Positions 14,101 to 28,500 of a stretch of DNA of 64,000 nt are shown here, one piece after another. The notes under the pieces are model-generated. The model did no database searches, had not been told where the DNA came from, and saw nothing but the letters and a program-made list of their open reading frames with translations. Positions within the stretch are counted from its first letter, which is position 1. Each line of letters starts with the position of its first letter. A program made the translations under genes and the position numbers. Location of the stretch: assembly GCA_012295275.1 (NCBI GenBank), contig CM022665.1:6696001-6760000 (forward strand), in the 5' to 3' direction. Source of the DNA: Chrysomallon squamiferum. Its lineage: Eukaryota; Animalia; Mollusca.

Positions 14101-17100
14101 TTTTATGGCTTATTTTTCAACATTTTCCCAGTAGTCATCCATCAAAAGTTACATTCAGTTGTTTGCTTTGGACCATGTATATTTCTTTTATTGATTAACT
14201 CTGTCCAGTGTGCATTAAGTGAAATCAGAACATTAAAACTACCCACTTGAAAGTGTTATAAGTTAGGCAGAATTTGGCTTCTTTGGAAATGAAACTGACT
14301 AAGATGTATCAAACGGGCATTGATCTCCAAACATATCTACTAAGGGTGATATAAATTGTTGGTGATTGAAGTATTTTGCTGCCAGTAATTGACCATGGCT
14401 ATATTGATTTTTGTCCCTAAATGCATATCTTGATGTTTATCCATTGGCAAATTGGTGACTTCTCTATTATTGGCTTAAAGCCAGTTATGAAATTTGTTAT
14501 AACTTCATATGAGTGGTATTGGTTTATAGAATTTCCTTCTAAAGCTGCCAGGAATTTGTACAAAGCTTGGAGCCTCCAGAGTAATAAACAACCAGCATGA
14601 CCAATACCAATAACTAGACATTGTGGAAAATAAAAATAAGTGATGTTTTCTTTATTGTATTTAGATGTATAAAATATATTTATCATTTTAATCATTACTA
14701 TTAGTTTAAAAGATCTGATACATAATTTGCTGGTGCTTTTTTTCATTTACATGTATAAGTCATGATTCACAATGATTTAAATAGTTTTCAAATTTAATTG
14801 TTATGGTGTTTAAAGGTCAAATAAATACAAGTATAGATTAGACAACAGGAGACAGCTGGACTAGAAACATGTTCTAAATCAATGCAGTTATTGAAGTATT
14901 CTGCTCTTTGCAACATTTCGTTGATTAAATGATTATTATTTGTGCATTTTTTTGTGCACATTTCAACATAAATTAATCCATAGCTGTTTTTAATATGTGT
15001 AAATAATTTTGTTGACAGAATTCATGTTGATTCAGTTTTGACATTTTACGTTATTTTAACATCTGGAAAAGTGTTTTGATTCTGCAGTACTGTTTCAGGC
15101 TTATATTTCGATGGATTCAAGATGACAAATTTTTGTTACTACTGTTTCGTGGGTTGGAGTTAACATATGTAACATTCCCTTTTGGTAAACTTTTTGGCTT
15201 TGTTATTCCAGATATTTGAAAAATCTCCATGCATAAACTTCACAAACAACCCAAAAATGTAATTTGAACTATTGCTTTCTGGATCATAAATAATGTTTAA
15301 TATTTTTCATAAACTATGTTACATAATTGGCTATAATATCATAGATAATAAACCATCATAATTTAAACTGGATTTTCTGTTTGATTTATTGGAATTGACA
15401 TATTTTTTTTTTGTTGCTCCATCCTAACAAGTAAAGCATCTACAGGGTTTACTAATGTAACTCTTAATGTGAAATATTCCTTAGGTTTATAATGGAGAAA
15501 CTGGGGTTTAGAAGAAAATTCAATTGAGTTTCAAAGTTCACAGTGTCACAGAAAATGAGTATAACTGCCTAAATGATGTAACTGTTAATGTGAAACGTGA
15601 AATATTCACTAAGTTTATAATGAAGAAACTGAATTAGAAAAAATTAAATGATAATTTCAGAGTTCAGATGAGATGACTGAAGCTTGACTTGTTGAGTTCA
15701 ATATACTGTTAGATGCACTGTTTGTTAGACTGTGATGTAACAACTGACATTTGCTCAGCTGAAGTTAGGAAACTTTACAGACAATCTTAGACTGAAGAAA
15801 GAAGATAAATCTAAGAGTACAGTTGAAACATTGCACTAGTGTATATTTTAAAAACACAAAGCACTGTTTATAACTGATAAAAAACTAGAATCAAATTGTT
15901 GTTCTCTTTCAAATTTTAGATTTCATCACCACTGTATTACTTAGTGCATCAGTATATTTTAGTGAAAAGCAGGTTAAAGATTTCATTAAATGGTATCAGT
16001 ATTTGCAGTTCTTGAATACTTTTTGTTTATAGCATGTATTTTATGGGTATACCTTTTGCTAGAAATTTGTTTGAGTGTTAACATTGTAATAAACAGCTAC
16101 TGTTAAGAGATTATTAGTGAACCTTTTCTTAAGAGGAAGATTTTATTTACTATTTATAAACTGTGCACTGCTTTTCTCACACAGTGTTACTGTAAAAGTA
16201 AGAAAAGCAACATATTTAATTCTAACAGTTAGGATTGTATCAATAAATATTTTCCCACTGCACCAATATGTTATTTGTCAGCTGTTACTTTTGGATTCTA
16301 AGAAATTTATAATTGGCTATGTATGTCTATACAGACCAAATAAATTTCTGTAAGTAGGCTGTGGACCTTTTCCTATTTATAATGGTCAGAATTTATCTAA
16401 AATGTAAAAATCAATAGGACAACAATACCTGTAATTCTGTTTTGTTGACCTTCATCTTGTTTACTATATCACATTTTCAGCAAGGCCGAACAGATTAATT
16501 AGACAGTATTCATTTATTTTCCTAATGTGAGTAAAAAGAAACTCTGTTTCTTTTGTCAAATTAGGCAGTATTCATTTATTTTCCTAATCTGAATAAAGAG
16601 TGTTTGTAATGGAAGATGTTTTTTGTTTTTTTTCATGTACTTGCAAGTGTAATAGTCAAAAGTATTAATAACAGATGTTTTTTTTTTCATACCATATTGT
16701 TTTTTGAAATAGAAATAAATCTTACAATAACCTCAGCAACAAATTTATTATCCGTTGATTTAAAAATAAATAATGTTTCTCCCCATTCTGTGCCAATAAT
16801 AACTGAGTAAATTTCACATGGCAGATAAGATATAGATTCATTATTATATTTATTTCAGGATGTGGCTGCTGTAAGTGAGAATTTATGGCTATAGAAGCCA
16901 TTGTAAATTTACATTTAAAAGTATATAATGAAGGTATTTCAAAGAAATTTATTACATCAGTATAAATCTGCAAGTGTGTGATTTTTCATTTCCCTTGTTT
17001 TTGTTCAGCCATGTGTGTTGTTGAGATGTTTATCTAAGTCATACCTGCTTCACTCTTAACTTGTTTTTTTTTTTTTTCAGTGTTACATGCTCCAAAAGTT

Positions 17101-20100
17101 TTTCTTAAGAACTTCCTGTTAGCTCATTTTGCTGACTTGCTTATCAGGAAATATGTGTAATGTGGTCTGATTGTAAATTAAATATATACGCTGTAACACA
17201 GGATCTGTTTGAAAAAATTGTCACTATTTTGTTTCTCTTAGCACATTAATTTAAAGACTTTGTTTAAAAACAAAACAAATTTAAAACATTCATAAATAAT
17301 AATGAAATTTGCTTGTTAAGATTGATCTTTTGAGATGTTATTAGAGCTATGAATACAAAAATTAGATATAATCAGTTTTATAACCAAATATAAACTATCT
17401 GTTTAGACTAAGTTGAAAATATTTTTCATAATCTTTAGTTAGTTACCATTTTACAACACTGTTTTAATGAAATACAGATTGCTTATAAACAGTTGTATAA
17501 GTAAAATATGTGTGTGTTTGTGTGGGAGTTTGAACACAAAAACTGATATTTTCATTTTCTCCCTGTGTGTTTACCAAGTTAATATTTAATTACTATTTTC
17601 ACAGTGTTTGACTGAGAAATGTATACATCCCGGCCATTTATCAAAACACCAAGGTAATGGTCAAACAGTGACCTCTTAACTCCAGTGTCTCTGTCATATC
17701 ACTGTACAACTGATAGATCTCTTGTTAAATCAACTGTGAAGAAGTGTTTTTGCCTCAGGCTTGTCAAAACAGAGAAAAAGTAGTTTTCTACAAAATATCT
17801 TATTCACATGAACCTAAAATAACAGACCTCACACACAAAGCCAACTGAAGCAAATGTCACCTGCTGCATAGGATTAAAAGATCAGATTTTTTTTTGTGAG
17901 CTCTAAGCTGAGGTTCTTGTTGTTTTTCAAAAAAACAATGACTACCTCCTTTCTGAACATAACAAATATGTATTCAGGTCTTCTCTGCTGGTTTAATGCC
18001 AGATGTTATCGATTGTATAATTAAAATGAATTCACCCCCATTTATTTTATTTTTGCTTGGGGAAGTAAATTTAAAAAAAAAAGAAGAAAAAAAATCTATT
18101 AAAAAAATATTAAAAAATAATTTGGAAAAACAAATGAAAAAAACAGGAGTTAAAAATTAGGAACATGCACACAGACATAGATTTTACTGATTCTGAAACT
18201 TCTGAATTTCTAATTTATTTGAAAATTTGATGTGACAACAGCTGTAGTCTGTTTAAGGTAGCATGGACAAAATATGTAGCAGATGCTCTAATAGAAACTA
18301 AACTATTTCACGGAGATGGATTTGAAATGCAGAAAATAACTTGCATATAGACGCCCTTTGCTGGAATATTCATATAACTTTGGCCAAAAGGATATTCCTC
18401 ATTACATAGAATGGATTATGGTCTGGTTTGATCATGACTTGGGTCAGAAGTAAATTAGCATGACATTTTTGGAGGATCAGAAACAGTCCTATTAGGCCAG
18501 TGTCCTTATATTTAATATGCCATATTATTGGCAGTTATGGTGGAATACACTTAATACACCAGTAATAATTCATAACAGAATTATAGTGCACAAGATGGTT
18601 ATAAATACAATAGAAGTAATTAATCTATGTCTCTGGCAGCAATATTTGCTCAGCTTGGAATTCATACAAATTTGTCTCAAGTGGTTTAGTTAAGTGAAAT
18701 TGGATAGCATTTTATTCCTACAAATATTGATCAGATGTCAGATAAGTAAGCCATATTTCAAACTGATGATCCTTTTGAATGAAAGGTAGTCTCTATCAAA
18801 TAAAATAACATACAACAAAGACCCCTTTAATATTTCCAGTTTTAGCTCCTTGTATGTTTGTATTCTAGTATTGTAAAATCTAAAATGACAACTTTATCGC
18901 ATCAGTCACCCTTAGAAATCCTTAAAGCTTATATGACAAGTATGTAGTAATTGATATGTAATCAGATAAGACTGCAAAGTTGTGGTCATCCTATAGATTT
19001 CATGTCACACTATTGTGCTGCGTATTAAACAAAGTGGATGAATTCAAAGGTTGATTTAAGATGGTCACTGGTGATTCACCTCCAAGTTACCTGAATATAA
19101 CCACAACACCAAGGAATAGATCCATAAGACAGTCTAAACAAATAAATATCTGATACACTTGTTAAGAATGTATTTAATGTTTTATTAATGTTGAGTAAAA
19201 ATAAATCTTTTGGAATAAAGTTCCTTGTTCACTTAAACACAATACTGAAAGATTTATATTATAATTTCTTTTCAGCAGCTCCTGTCAAAATAAGTTTTGA
19301 AAATTGTTTTCTTAAGAATATTTTAATAATTGTATCTGATTTATTTTATTTCTGCCAACAATAATCATAATAATTTATTTTTAACATCCCTTACTCATAA
19401 TATCTATTTCTTGAAAAAAATATTAGCTCAGTTTAAAAAAAATCTGCAAAAAATATGGATCTTATATATTAAAATAATTTATGAGATACTGCAGACTATC
19501 ATCATCATTTAAGGAATGTTTAATGTATTACTATACATTATCTCACAGTGCGATCCCCATCCTTAAATATTCAAAACAAAACTTCTTTTATACCAAGTTA
19601 CTGTTCATAAGTATTTTAGGTGTGTTCAGATTAATGTAACTTGGATATGAAGCATATTTGTTACATTTCCTGTTTAGTGTACCAGTCAACACCAAAGTGA
19701 ACCAATTATTTTCATAAACTGACTTGGTCATGAATACTGTAAGAGTAGTGTGCATGCACTATAATGTGGATAATGTTTGCATAATACTTTCCTTACTACT
19801 GACCTAAATGAAGTAGGTTACATTAACTCTAGTTGATATTCAAAAGTGACTATGTGCCAGTGATCATGTAGACAGCAGCCTGCAACATACTGTGTAGTTT
19901 CTTTAGTGTGTGTGTGTGTGTGTGTTACAGTATTTAAAATGCTATACATAATGTGTGATATGAATTTAAATAGAAATAAAAGCATCACAACGTCTTTAGT
20001 CTGTGAATGATGATCTGTCAGTTTGTCACTGAATTGAAATGAATACAGGTTGACCGTCCATTATCCACAACTCTGAAAAGCTTTGAAAACCTCATTTCAT

Positions 20101-23100
20101 TATACATTTTAATATAACATCTAACTAGGATAGGAATATTTAATTTTATTTGCACATGTTTTTTTGAATGTTTTTGTTGCCAATAACACTATAGATTATT
20201 TTTGTTTTGAATAAGGAACAGCAGATTAAATAAGTTGCTTGTAATTTAAATTTATTATTATTTTTACTTTTATGCCTTAAAAATGCTGACACAAAACATC
20301 TGAGTTTCAGTTCAGTAATTCTATTTTATCATGCTAATGTTCTTGTACTTTTGATACCTAGTGATATAAAATCCATTTCTTTCTTTCTTTTTTCTTTCTC
20401 TTGATTCATTTTATATCTGGCTTCGAGTTGATGTCACAGTAGTTTATTTTTTGTTTTGTTTTATCAGCAAACAGCTGTCAATTTACTTCATGCTATCACT
20501 TTGACATCTTACATATGTTGTCCAAATCTGATAAAAACATTCGTGTAATGTAGTTAACATTTAAGAACAAGAAGACATCACATTTTGTTTTTCTTCTTTT
20601 TATTTATTTTTTTCACTTGTCCATGCACTTGTTTCTTTAAAATAACAATCATATATTATAGTTCATGTTAATATCATACCATCACTGATGCTTTTAATTT
20701 TTAATTTATTTATTTTTTACTTTTTTTTTTCTTCAAAATATAACAACTAAAGTAATTTGAAAATAATGATTTCATTTCATTAGGCATGTTTTTTTTAATT
20801 AAAACTTGCTTAAAAGATAGGCTTAGATAAGATAAAATCTTAAAGTGTTCAGTAGTCTTAATAGACAGGAAGCACATACCATTGTCTTTGATTAATAGTC
20901 TTGAAGAACTGGCATGAGTAAGAAATAACTCAGAGATGATTTATCTGTGAGACTTGAGAAAAAACTCTACCACTAAATTCTGCTGTGTTAGATATGTTGA
21001 AGGTTAAATGAATCAGGTTGACTGCACAAAAACTTCCTGTTGTATGCTGTATAATGTTCATTATTCCAGGATAATGCACTAAGCTGGATTATTGGTCTAT
21101 AATCTGTAAGAAAACGGGTCCAATTCCTGCATTCACACAAACATTCTGATTTATTAATAGAAATACTTGACTTAAATTTTGGTATTTGTTAAAGGTTAAA
21201 GTAATGTAGGGTATTATGACTCAGATTGCATAATTCTGTGCTGGATCTGTTGGCTAATAATGTGGGAAGAGTTAATTTTCCATATTAGAGTCTGCCAGTC
21301 TTGGGGGAAAAAAAATGTTTTTTGGACCTTAGTTAGCAGGTGTTCACCCAGTTTGATAAAAACAGGCCTGTTTACAGATAACATACACAATTATATTTTG
21401 TCAACATGTCTCATTCTTACTAGAATGCAATACTCCGAAGCAGTGATAATAAGTAAATTACCTCTGACCTTTTCTCCAGAAGTCATTATTTTCTCTGTTG
21501 ACAAAAGGATACATGTGAATCAACATTCCAAGAACCTAAATATGTTGACATTAATTCCACCTTCTGTTTCCACACCCTGTTGTGTTTACCTAACAGTGAC
21601 AGTGATACTTATTTAGCATCCACTTTTCAGACATTCACAAGTGTCTAAGACTGTGGATGTTTGCTTCTCTCGCTCTGTCACTGTCAGCAGAGTGTTTCAG
21701 TTTAAACACAGCACTGTCTTATCATCCGTTAAAGAAAGACAAAAATGTTGACAAAAATGAAAAATTATTTTAAGTCACCTTTATATGCAGTTTAAACTTT
21801 TTGTTTATTTTCCTGCATTTTGCAAAACAAACTAATACAAAATTGTATGAAACTTCTATCAGTATTAAATTGGTTCTTCCTGTATGGTACAAGTATTAAT
21901 CACTGAATGTATAGCTGTGTATATATATATATAGCCTACAGTTACACATGCAATGAAACCAAACCTTTCTTATAAGCAAGGTAAATCTTTCCAGCATATT
22001 GCTATATGTTTTAAAAATATATGCTTTCAACTTTATCCATCATGTTTTAGTTTAGGATTTAGGGAATATCATAAAAAGGAAAGAAAAAAAACAAATCTCG
22101 GAGATAAAAATCAATGATTCGCTTTTTCTGTTTCTTATAACAAATATTGATGAAACATTATCAAAATCCACATCAGATAATAGCTAGCATTATAAGATTA
22201 GTGTCCTACAAGTTGGGAATCAGAATAGTTTGGAAACAGGGAGAACAAACTGTTATATTCATAAATATACTTTGTCTGGCATTGCTCCTGATACACAAGT
22301 ACAGAGAGGTTGAAAAAAAAGAAGAAAAAAAAGAATAATACCTAAAGTGAAATACATTGACATTATGTTTTTTCCTTTACAAAACTACAAACTTTAAGAA
22401 CACACACTGTATTTAATTAACATAAACAAAAACAGGGAGTTGACTAGAACAGAGTGTTAGATAAGGAATGATTCCATCAGACAGATCAGCATAATGATTT
22501 AGAATATTTCTGTTAAACTACAGTTGGAAAATTAAGATGTTTGGCTGTTATTAAAAGATTCTGATGGTCTCTGAACATACAGTGTGATAACGAATGTCTT
22601 GTATATCTATAGACACACAAATTTACGGTTTGTCTTTAATTAATCCTAATGTTGTATATCAAACAGTTCAAGTCAGCGAAGTTGTGACAGTTTACCTTTT
22701 GATGTTAGCAGTTTGAGTAAAATGGAGTTAATTATACTGAAGGAACAACATTTTCCAGAGAGGGAAAGAAAATGAATTCTTGTAGAAAATAAATTGTTTA
22801 ACAGAAACTAATAGAATAATGTTGTTTTCATTCAGTGTGTGTGTGTGTGTGTAGAAATATTATTTTTAAATTGACTATAATAATTACAGCTACAATAGCA
22901 ACAACAGCAACATCTGACACTTAAAGTTCCTGCTGAAACACTAAAGCATTTTAAAAAACATTTATCTCCAATTTGAACATTTTAAAAAAGTTTACCATTC
23001 CTGCCATAAAACATTTATTTTTATAAGATAAATGAGGAGAATTATATGTATAATGCTTTATTTTTAGATGATACTTGGTTGTAACATATACCCTAGATGA

Positions 23101-25471
23101 AATGCAATAATCACCTTAATTGCCTCAAACGGTTTTTCACATAAATTTGTTTGACCAAGCAGTCTGTATTTTGTAGATAAAACTGCTTGCTCAGAACTTT
23201 TCATTCAGAGTTTCAGATTAGATGACTTGGCTTGGAATATTTACCTCTTTCAGCTAATTTGTTTACCTGGCACATTCCCAAAACATTTTCTTCTTTCTAT
23301 GTGAAAATAAAAATAAAAATAATAACACAAAACTGTATTTTTGATTTTAGCAATTAATATTAATATAATTAACAACAAAAAGAAAAGTTTCTTTAAAGGT
23401 CATCATTTGTAATTACTCCATTTTGTTTATAAATCATTTTGTTGTGCTTTTTTAATTTTAATTTTTTTATTTTATAAGATAAAGCTAAGTGTTTCTAAAT
23501 TGGTTTAAAAATAATATGCTTATTTTTTTTAATCAACAAATGCTTGATCTGTGTTTATAGACATAGATCAGACACACAGATACATTTCAAGAGCTAATGA
23601 AATAGGACATAATTATTCTACAAATACAAAATATGGGACTGATTTTTTATAATTTCGTCATTCCTTTATGTACACGTGTTCTTCTTTTTCTTCTTTTTTC
23701 TAAGCCAACAATACTTGTTAATCTGTTAGCTTTATAAAATTGTTGAATTTAAACTTTTTGGAGTCTGACTGTTATATTCTTTTTGTCATTTTCAGACATA
23801 GCACTAGACTGGTCTGATCATGGACTCTGGTGGCCCAACAGGAATGTGTGGCTGACGCGAACCAAATCAACATTAGATCAGTATGGGGTACAGGCTGATG
23901 CCAACCTGCAGTTTACACCCATGCACAAAAATCTGCGAATTCAGCTGCCAGATCTTCAGGTGCTTGAAATGAGAGTGGATTTCTCAACTAGAGTTTTCAA
24001 GGCTGTTGTATATCTCTGCAAAGAATTAGGTATGATGTACTTCAATCTCTATAATAAAATTACACATATATTGTAACACATATGTCAGAGGGATGAATAA
24101 CAAAGATGAAAGTCTACTTCTTTTTATTTCTTCTTCTTTTCTTTTTTTTTTTTTTTTTTTAACGATTCCATACTTCAAAACATATTTTTTTTTACATTTA
24201 TTACTAGACACAGTTCACATATACTGTACAGAAATCTGGAAATTATACATGTTTATAATATTATCTGGATACTCAGTGAACATAAGGTTTGAAATTATAT
24301 GTTATTACACGTGCAAATTTCAAATAATGCTAATTTTACCAGGCATTGATATTTTTCAGAAATTATATATACATTTCTTCTTTGCAAACACTTCAAATGT
24401 AAATTAGACTAGACTTCAAAGCATGTCAATAATAATATATTTGTATATATATATTTATTTATTTTTTAAATACTTGAACTTGTAAAACTAGTTTGCACTT
24501 GTTCCTGGTGCCTTGCCAGTTTTATTGACATTGAAAATGTAGGCCAGTTTGCTAACAACACTTTGCAACATGCAGTCAAGCTTGTGTTATTTATTATGTC
24601 ATGGGTGTTAACAGAAACATTTTAAAAATGTAATTTAATTTTTTTTTTTGTATATATATGTAGACTAAACATTAAAGCACTCGATTTTTCTGCATTTCAT
24701 AATATATGGCATTGCAATTATTTTTATTATTTTTATTTTATTTATTTATTTTTTGTAAATTTTAGATTCAATGTTATCTGAGTAATTTGTAATGCAACAT
24801 TCAGCCAAAATCTGGGACTGTTCTGAACTCATAAATTTCAGCTATTTGGGATCTGATAGAAAATGTAGGAATTAAGTCTCTCAACTAACTGTACAAAACA
24901 ACTGCAAAAAGCAATAGTTTCTGTGACAAATTATGTTAAGTAGCATTTATTTTAGAAATGTTTAAATGATATTTGTTGAGAGAAATGTAGGAACATAAAC
25001 AGCTGTATTATATGTAATAATAATTATTATCAACCATGTGGATTAATTGGAAATACCTGGAGAAAGATGAAGGATTATTTACAAATTGATAAAAAAAAAT
25101 CCTGTTTCATATAGTATATTGGTTTTAAATTAGAATATGTCATAGAAAAAGACAAATCATCTAAACAAATCATTATTTAATTTAGCTTTATCTAATTTTT
25201 CAGTTTTTCAGTTAACTGTGCTAAATAAAATTACAAAATCATTGTTCTGCCTTGAGGTTTGTTTTGTTGTGGGTTTTTTTAAAATGTTTTACTCATAATA
25301 AAACATCTCAAGTGGACATAATGAATAAATGCTTCAGTGATTAACTGATAAATGAATTTCCTTATCAATCACATATTATCACATGAGAGCCATTTGGTTG
25401 TAAGAACTTGTTGTGGTTGTAAAACACTGTTTTTCACATGTTTACAATTTCCAGGATTGGTGATAATGACA

Positions 25472-25508
<37 letters not shown>

Positions 25509-28500
25509 TTTTGTTGTGCACACACATACCAGCATTACTCATAAAGAAGACATTTCACGGCTCATATATTAACTACTGATGCAGGACATCTGACTCCCAT
25601 AATTATGTAGGTTTTATAATTTATTACTTAACCATATCGGTAATGAAAGTAGTTTGGTCAAAGAAGTTCCCATCTTTTAACATGCAGTTTTATCATGTTG
25701 AGGCTGAAACACAGGAAGAAACACACATTCAGGCACACGCACACACACACACACACATCCTTTTTTAATATATATATAAAAGATAAAAGTGTTTATTAGT
25801 ACAGAATGAAAAAAGAGGTAACTTTATTAACTTTATATTGCTCCATTTCTTTGATCTATAAGAATAACATACTGAGTCAGCAACTGAGGTTTCATATTTC
25901 AGATCATCACTCTACAAGAAATGTTCGACAGTATTAAAAAACATTAAAATGTTTCACTTTATCATTCTTCTGAATTCAGTTATAATTTGTTTTTGTTGTT
26001 TAGTGAAATTTTAATTGGAGTTATTTTATCAGTATTATCAACAGCTTGTAAATGTTGAGGTTTTATTAATTTTGTTTATTTATCTTTTTTAACTCCATGT
26101 AAGTCTTTGTAGCCTGCAGTTTCCAGGCTTTTCATATCAGAAAAAGGATAGACCAAGGATTGTTGTAGCTGGGAAAGAGCTCAACAGTTTATATTGTGTT
26201 CAAAGTATTCGTGGAATTTACTCTGACCCATTTAGTATAATACAAATGTGGAGGTGTCAGATTTAGTAGTCTTGTATACATGTGTTAGGCCACATGACAG
26301 TTTTCATGGGTTACCATGAACATGTTAATATGTACACTTTCATGTTAAATGTTTGTCAGTAGAATAAGTTAGATCATGAGGTAATTCATTCCAGTTTACT
26401 TGTGTGTATTTGCAAAGCTCGGTAAAAAGTTTAGAATGTCCGCTAATGTTAATTAATTGTCTCATGATACTTTCATGTTTAATTATACATACTTGTACCA
26501 GAACAATTTCTTTTTCTTCATGTTTAATGAGATTTCTTTAGTCAAGAAAATTTTGTTTTTCCATTTAAAATTTTTTTTTTCTCCATGTGCAGTGGTAACT
26601 ATATAGAAGAGAGATTTTCAAACTGGTATGCAAGTAGTCACAAGAGTGTGCATGAGCAGAATTCAGTAATTGCAGATGCAGAAATTAAAAACAGTATTTG
26701 TACAGATGTCCTTTAAAAGAATGATAATCATGTTCATTATGCCCTTAGAAAATTTTATTTTTTTACTTTTTGGTTTAAAAAATTATAATATTGTATTATA
26801 TTTTATCCCATTAATTACACTATGCATATTAACTAAATATACTGAAGCTGCTCTGCCATGATAGCTGGAAACATGTACAGTTAGAAAAAAGTTTTGAAAT
26901 CCTCTAATCTAGAAAGAAATGGACTGACATATATTCATTCATATTTTTTATATATTTTGTTTTATATATTAAAATATAAAGTAAAATTAAAGAGTGAAAT
27001 TTACTAACATAAGTTTGTTGCATAGGTAAACCTTTAAATGCCTACTTCCATTCTAATTTATTCAGCTTGAGAATTTTATTAATAATATTCTTGAAGCTTT
27101 AACAGGCACACGATTGACTTTGATTAGGTATTGATAAAATTGATAAAGTAACTGGGTGTCTGCATGTAAAACCCAGTCTTAATTTTTTTTTTTAAAGTTC
27201 TTAATAGGTTTATAATTTTTTTACTTAGGAATCCGTCATCCAGAAGAACTGTCATTAATGAGAAAGGTTGACAAAGATGATTTGAAACGGGTTGTTAAAG
27301 AAGCTGCAAAGAAGAAGAAAAAAGGTGACAACGATCCAGTCAATCTGTCTATTAACGGAACTCATCATCACAACTCTTCAGGCAGTTTAGATGGGAAACT
27401 CAGTCCATTTCCTAACAGAAGTCCTGTGGGCCCTTCCCCATCAGTAAGTGTAACATGTCATTTATAACTGTATTCCTGCTGTCTGTGTTTATTGATAACT
27501 GATAATGACAATTACCGTAGAGTTGTATAGCAAGTAACCAAAATTTGTCAGAACTGATTATAGTTGGACAGTGTGTTATGAATTGTTTTTTTTGTTGTTT
27601 TTTGTTTGTTTTTTATCAAGTAATTTTAGCAATCATAAATTATTTTGATGAAGGATTGTAAATAAACTAAATAAGTCACTCTGACAAACAAAACTGGAAC
27701 ATACTAGTGTTAGTAGTTAGAATATACAGTTTAATTCTTAAGCTGTCAGTTGATTTCTTTAGTAACCAGTGCCAGTAGATTGGTTTTAAAAGGGCCCTGC
27801 ATGTACGGTTCTACATACGGGAGATACACAATAACGTTCACCATACTGAGTGGCATCATTAAGTTTCTATTTTCATTTCATCATCGTGCCCCCAAAACAT
27901 GTTAATAATTCTTATAAAAAATATGGAGGAGTCATAATCAAATATTCATTAATTTCTTTACTACAAATATTAATTTAGATGTATACTTGTTTGTTTTCAG
28001 AATACTTTGGTTCGTTCTTCTACCGGAAGTCCTTACAATCTGTCAATGAATTCCCCTTACAACACATTCAATGGAACACTGTCCCCAGGGTCCATGTACA
28101 GTTTGTCTTTTGAGGGAAGCATGGAGTCCTCACTTGCTAATAGTCCCCCAGTTCCTGCAAAGGAAGCCTTTCAGTATCTGTACAGGCCCAAAAATTTTGT
28201 AGAGAAGGCTAGAATAAACTGTGCGTAAGTATAATTTCAAATATAGATATATATACATTACATTACATAGCGGCAGATTGAAAAAAGAAGTATCCAGGAA
28301 GAAACAGAAAATACGTTTTCATGGAAAACATTACCCATCACAGTATAATTTCTGTTTTTACTTTGTCATGTATTTTCATCAATCTCAGTTACAGATGAGT
28401 TAACTAAACTCATGAAAATAATTTGCCAATTTATTATCTTTGTTTAATAAAGGTTTTGCACAGAAAATGTGCAATATTCATGACACAACATGTTTTATTA

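Noticed and set aside
27770-27860. CpG-containing patch in kindlin intron 3 as a cassette exon
   Set aside because: No convincing acceptor/donor pair or frame, and exons 3 and 4 join in phase. More likely a repeat remnant.
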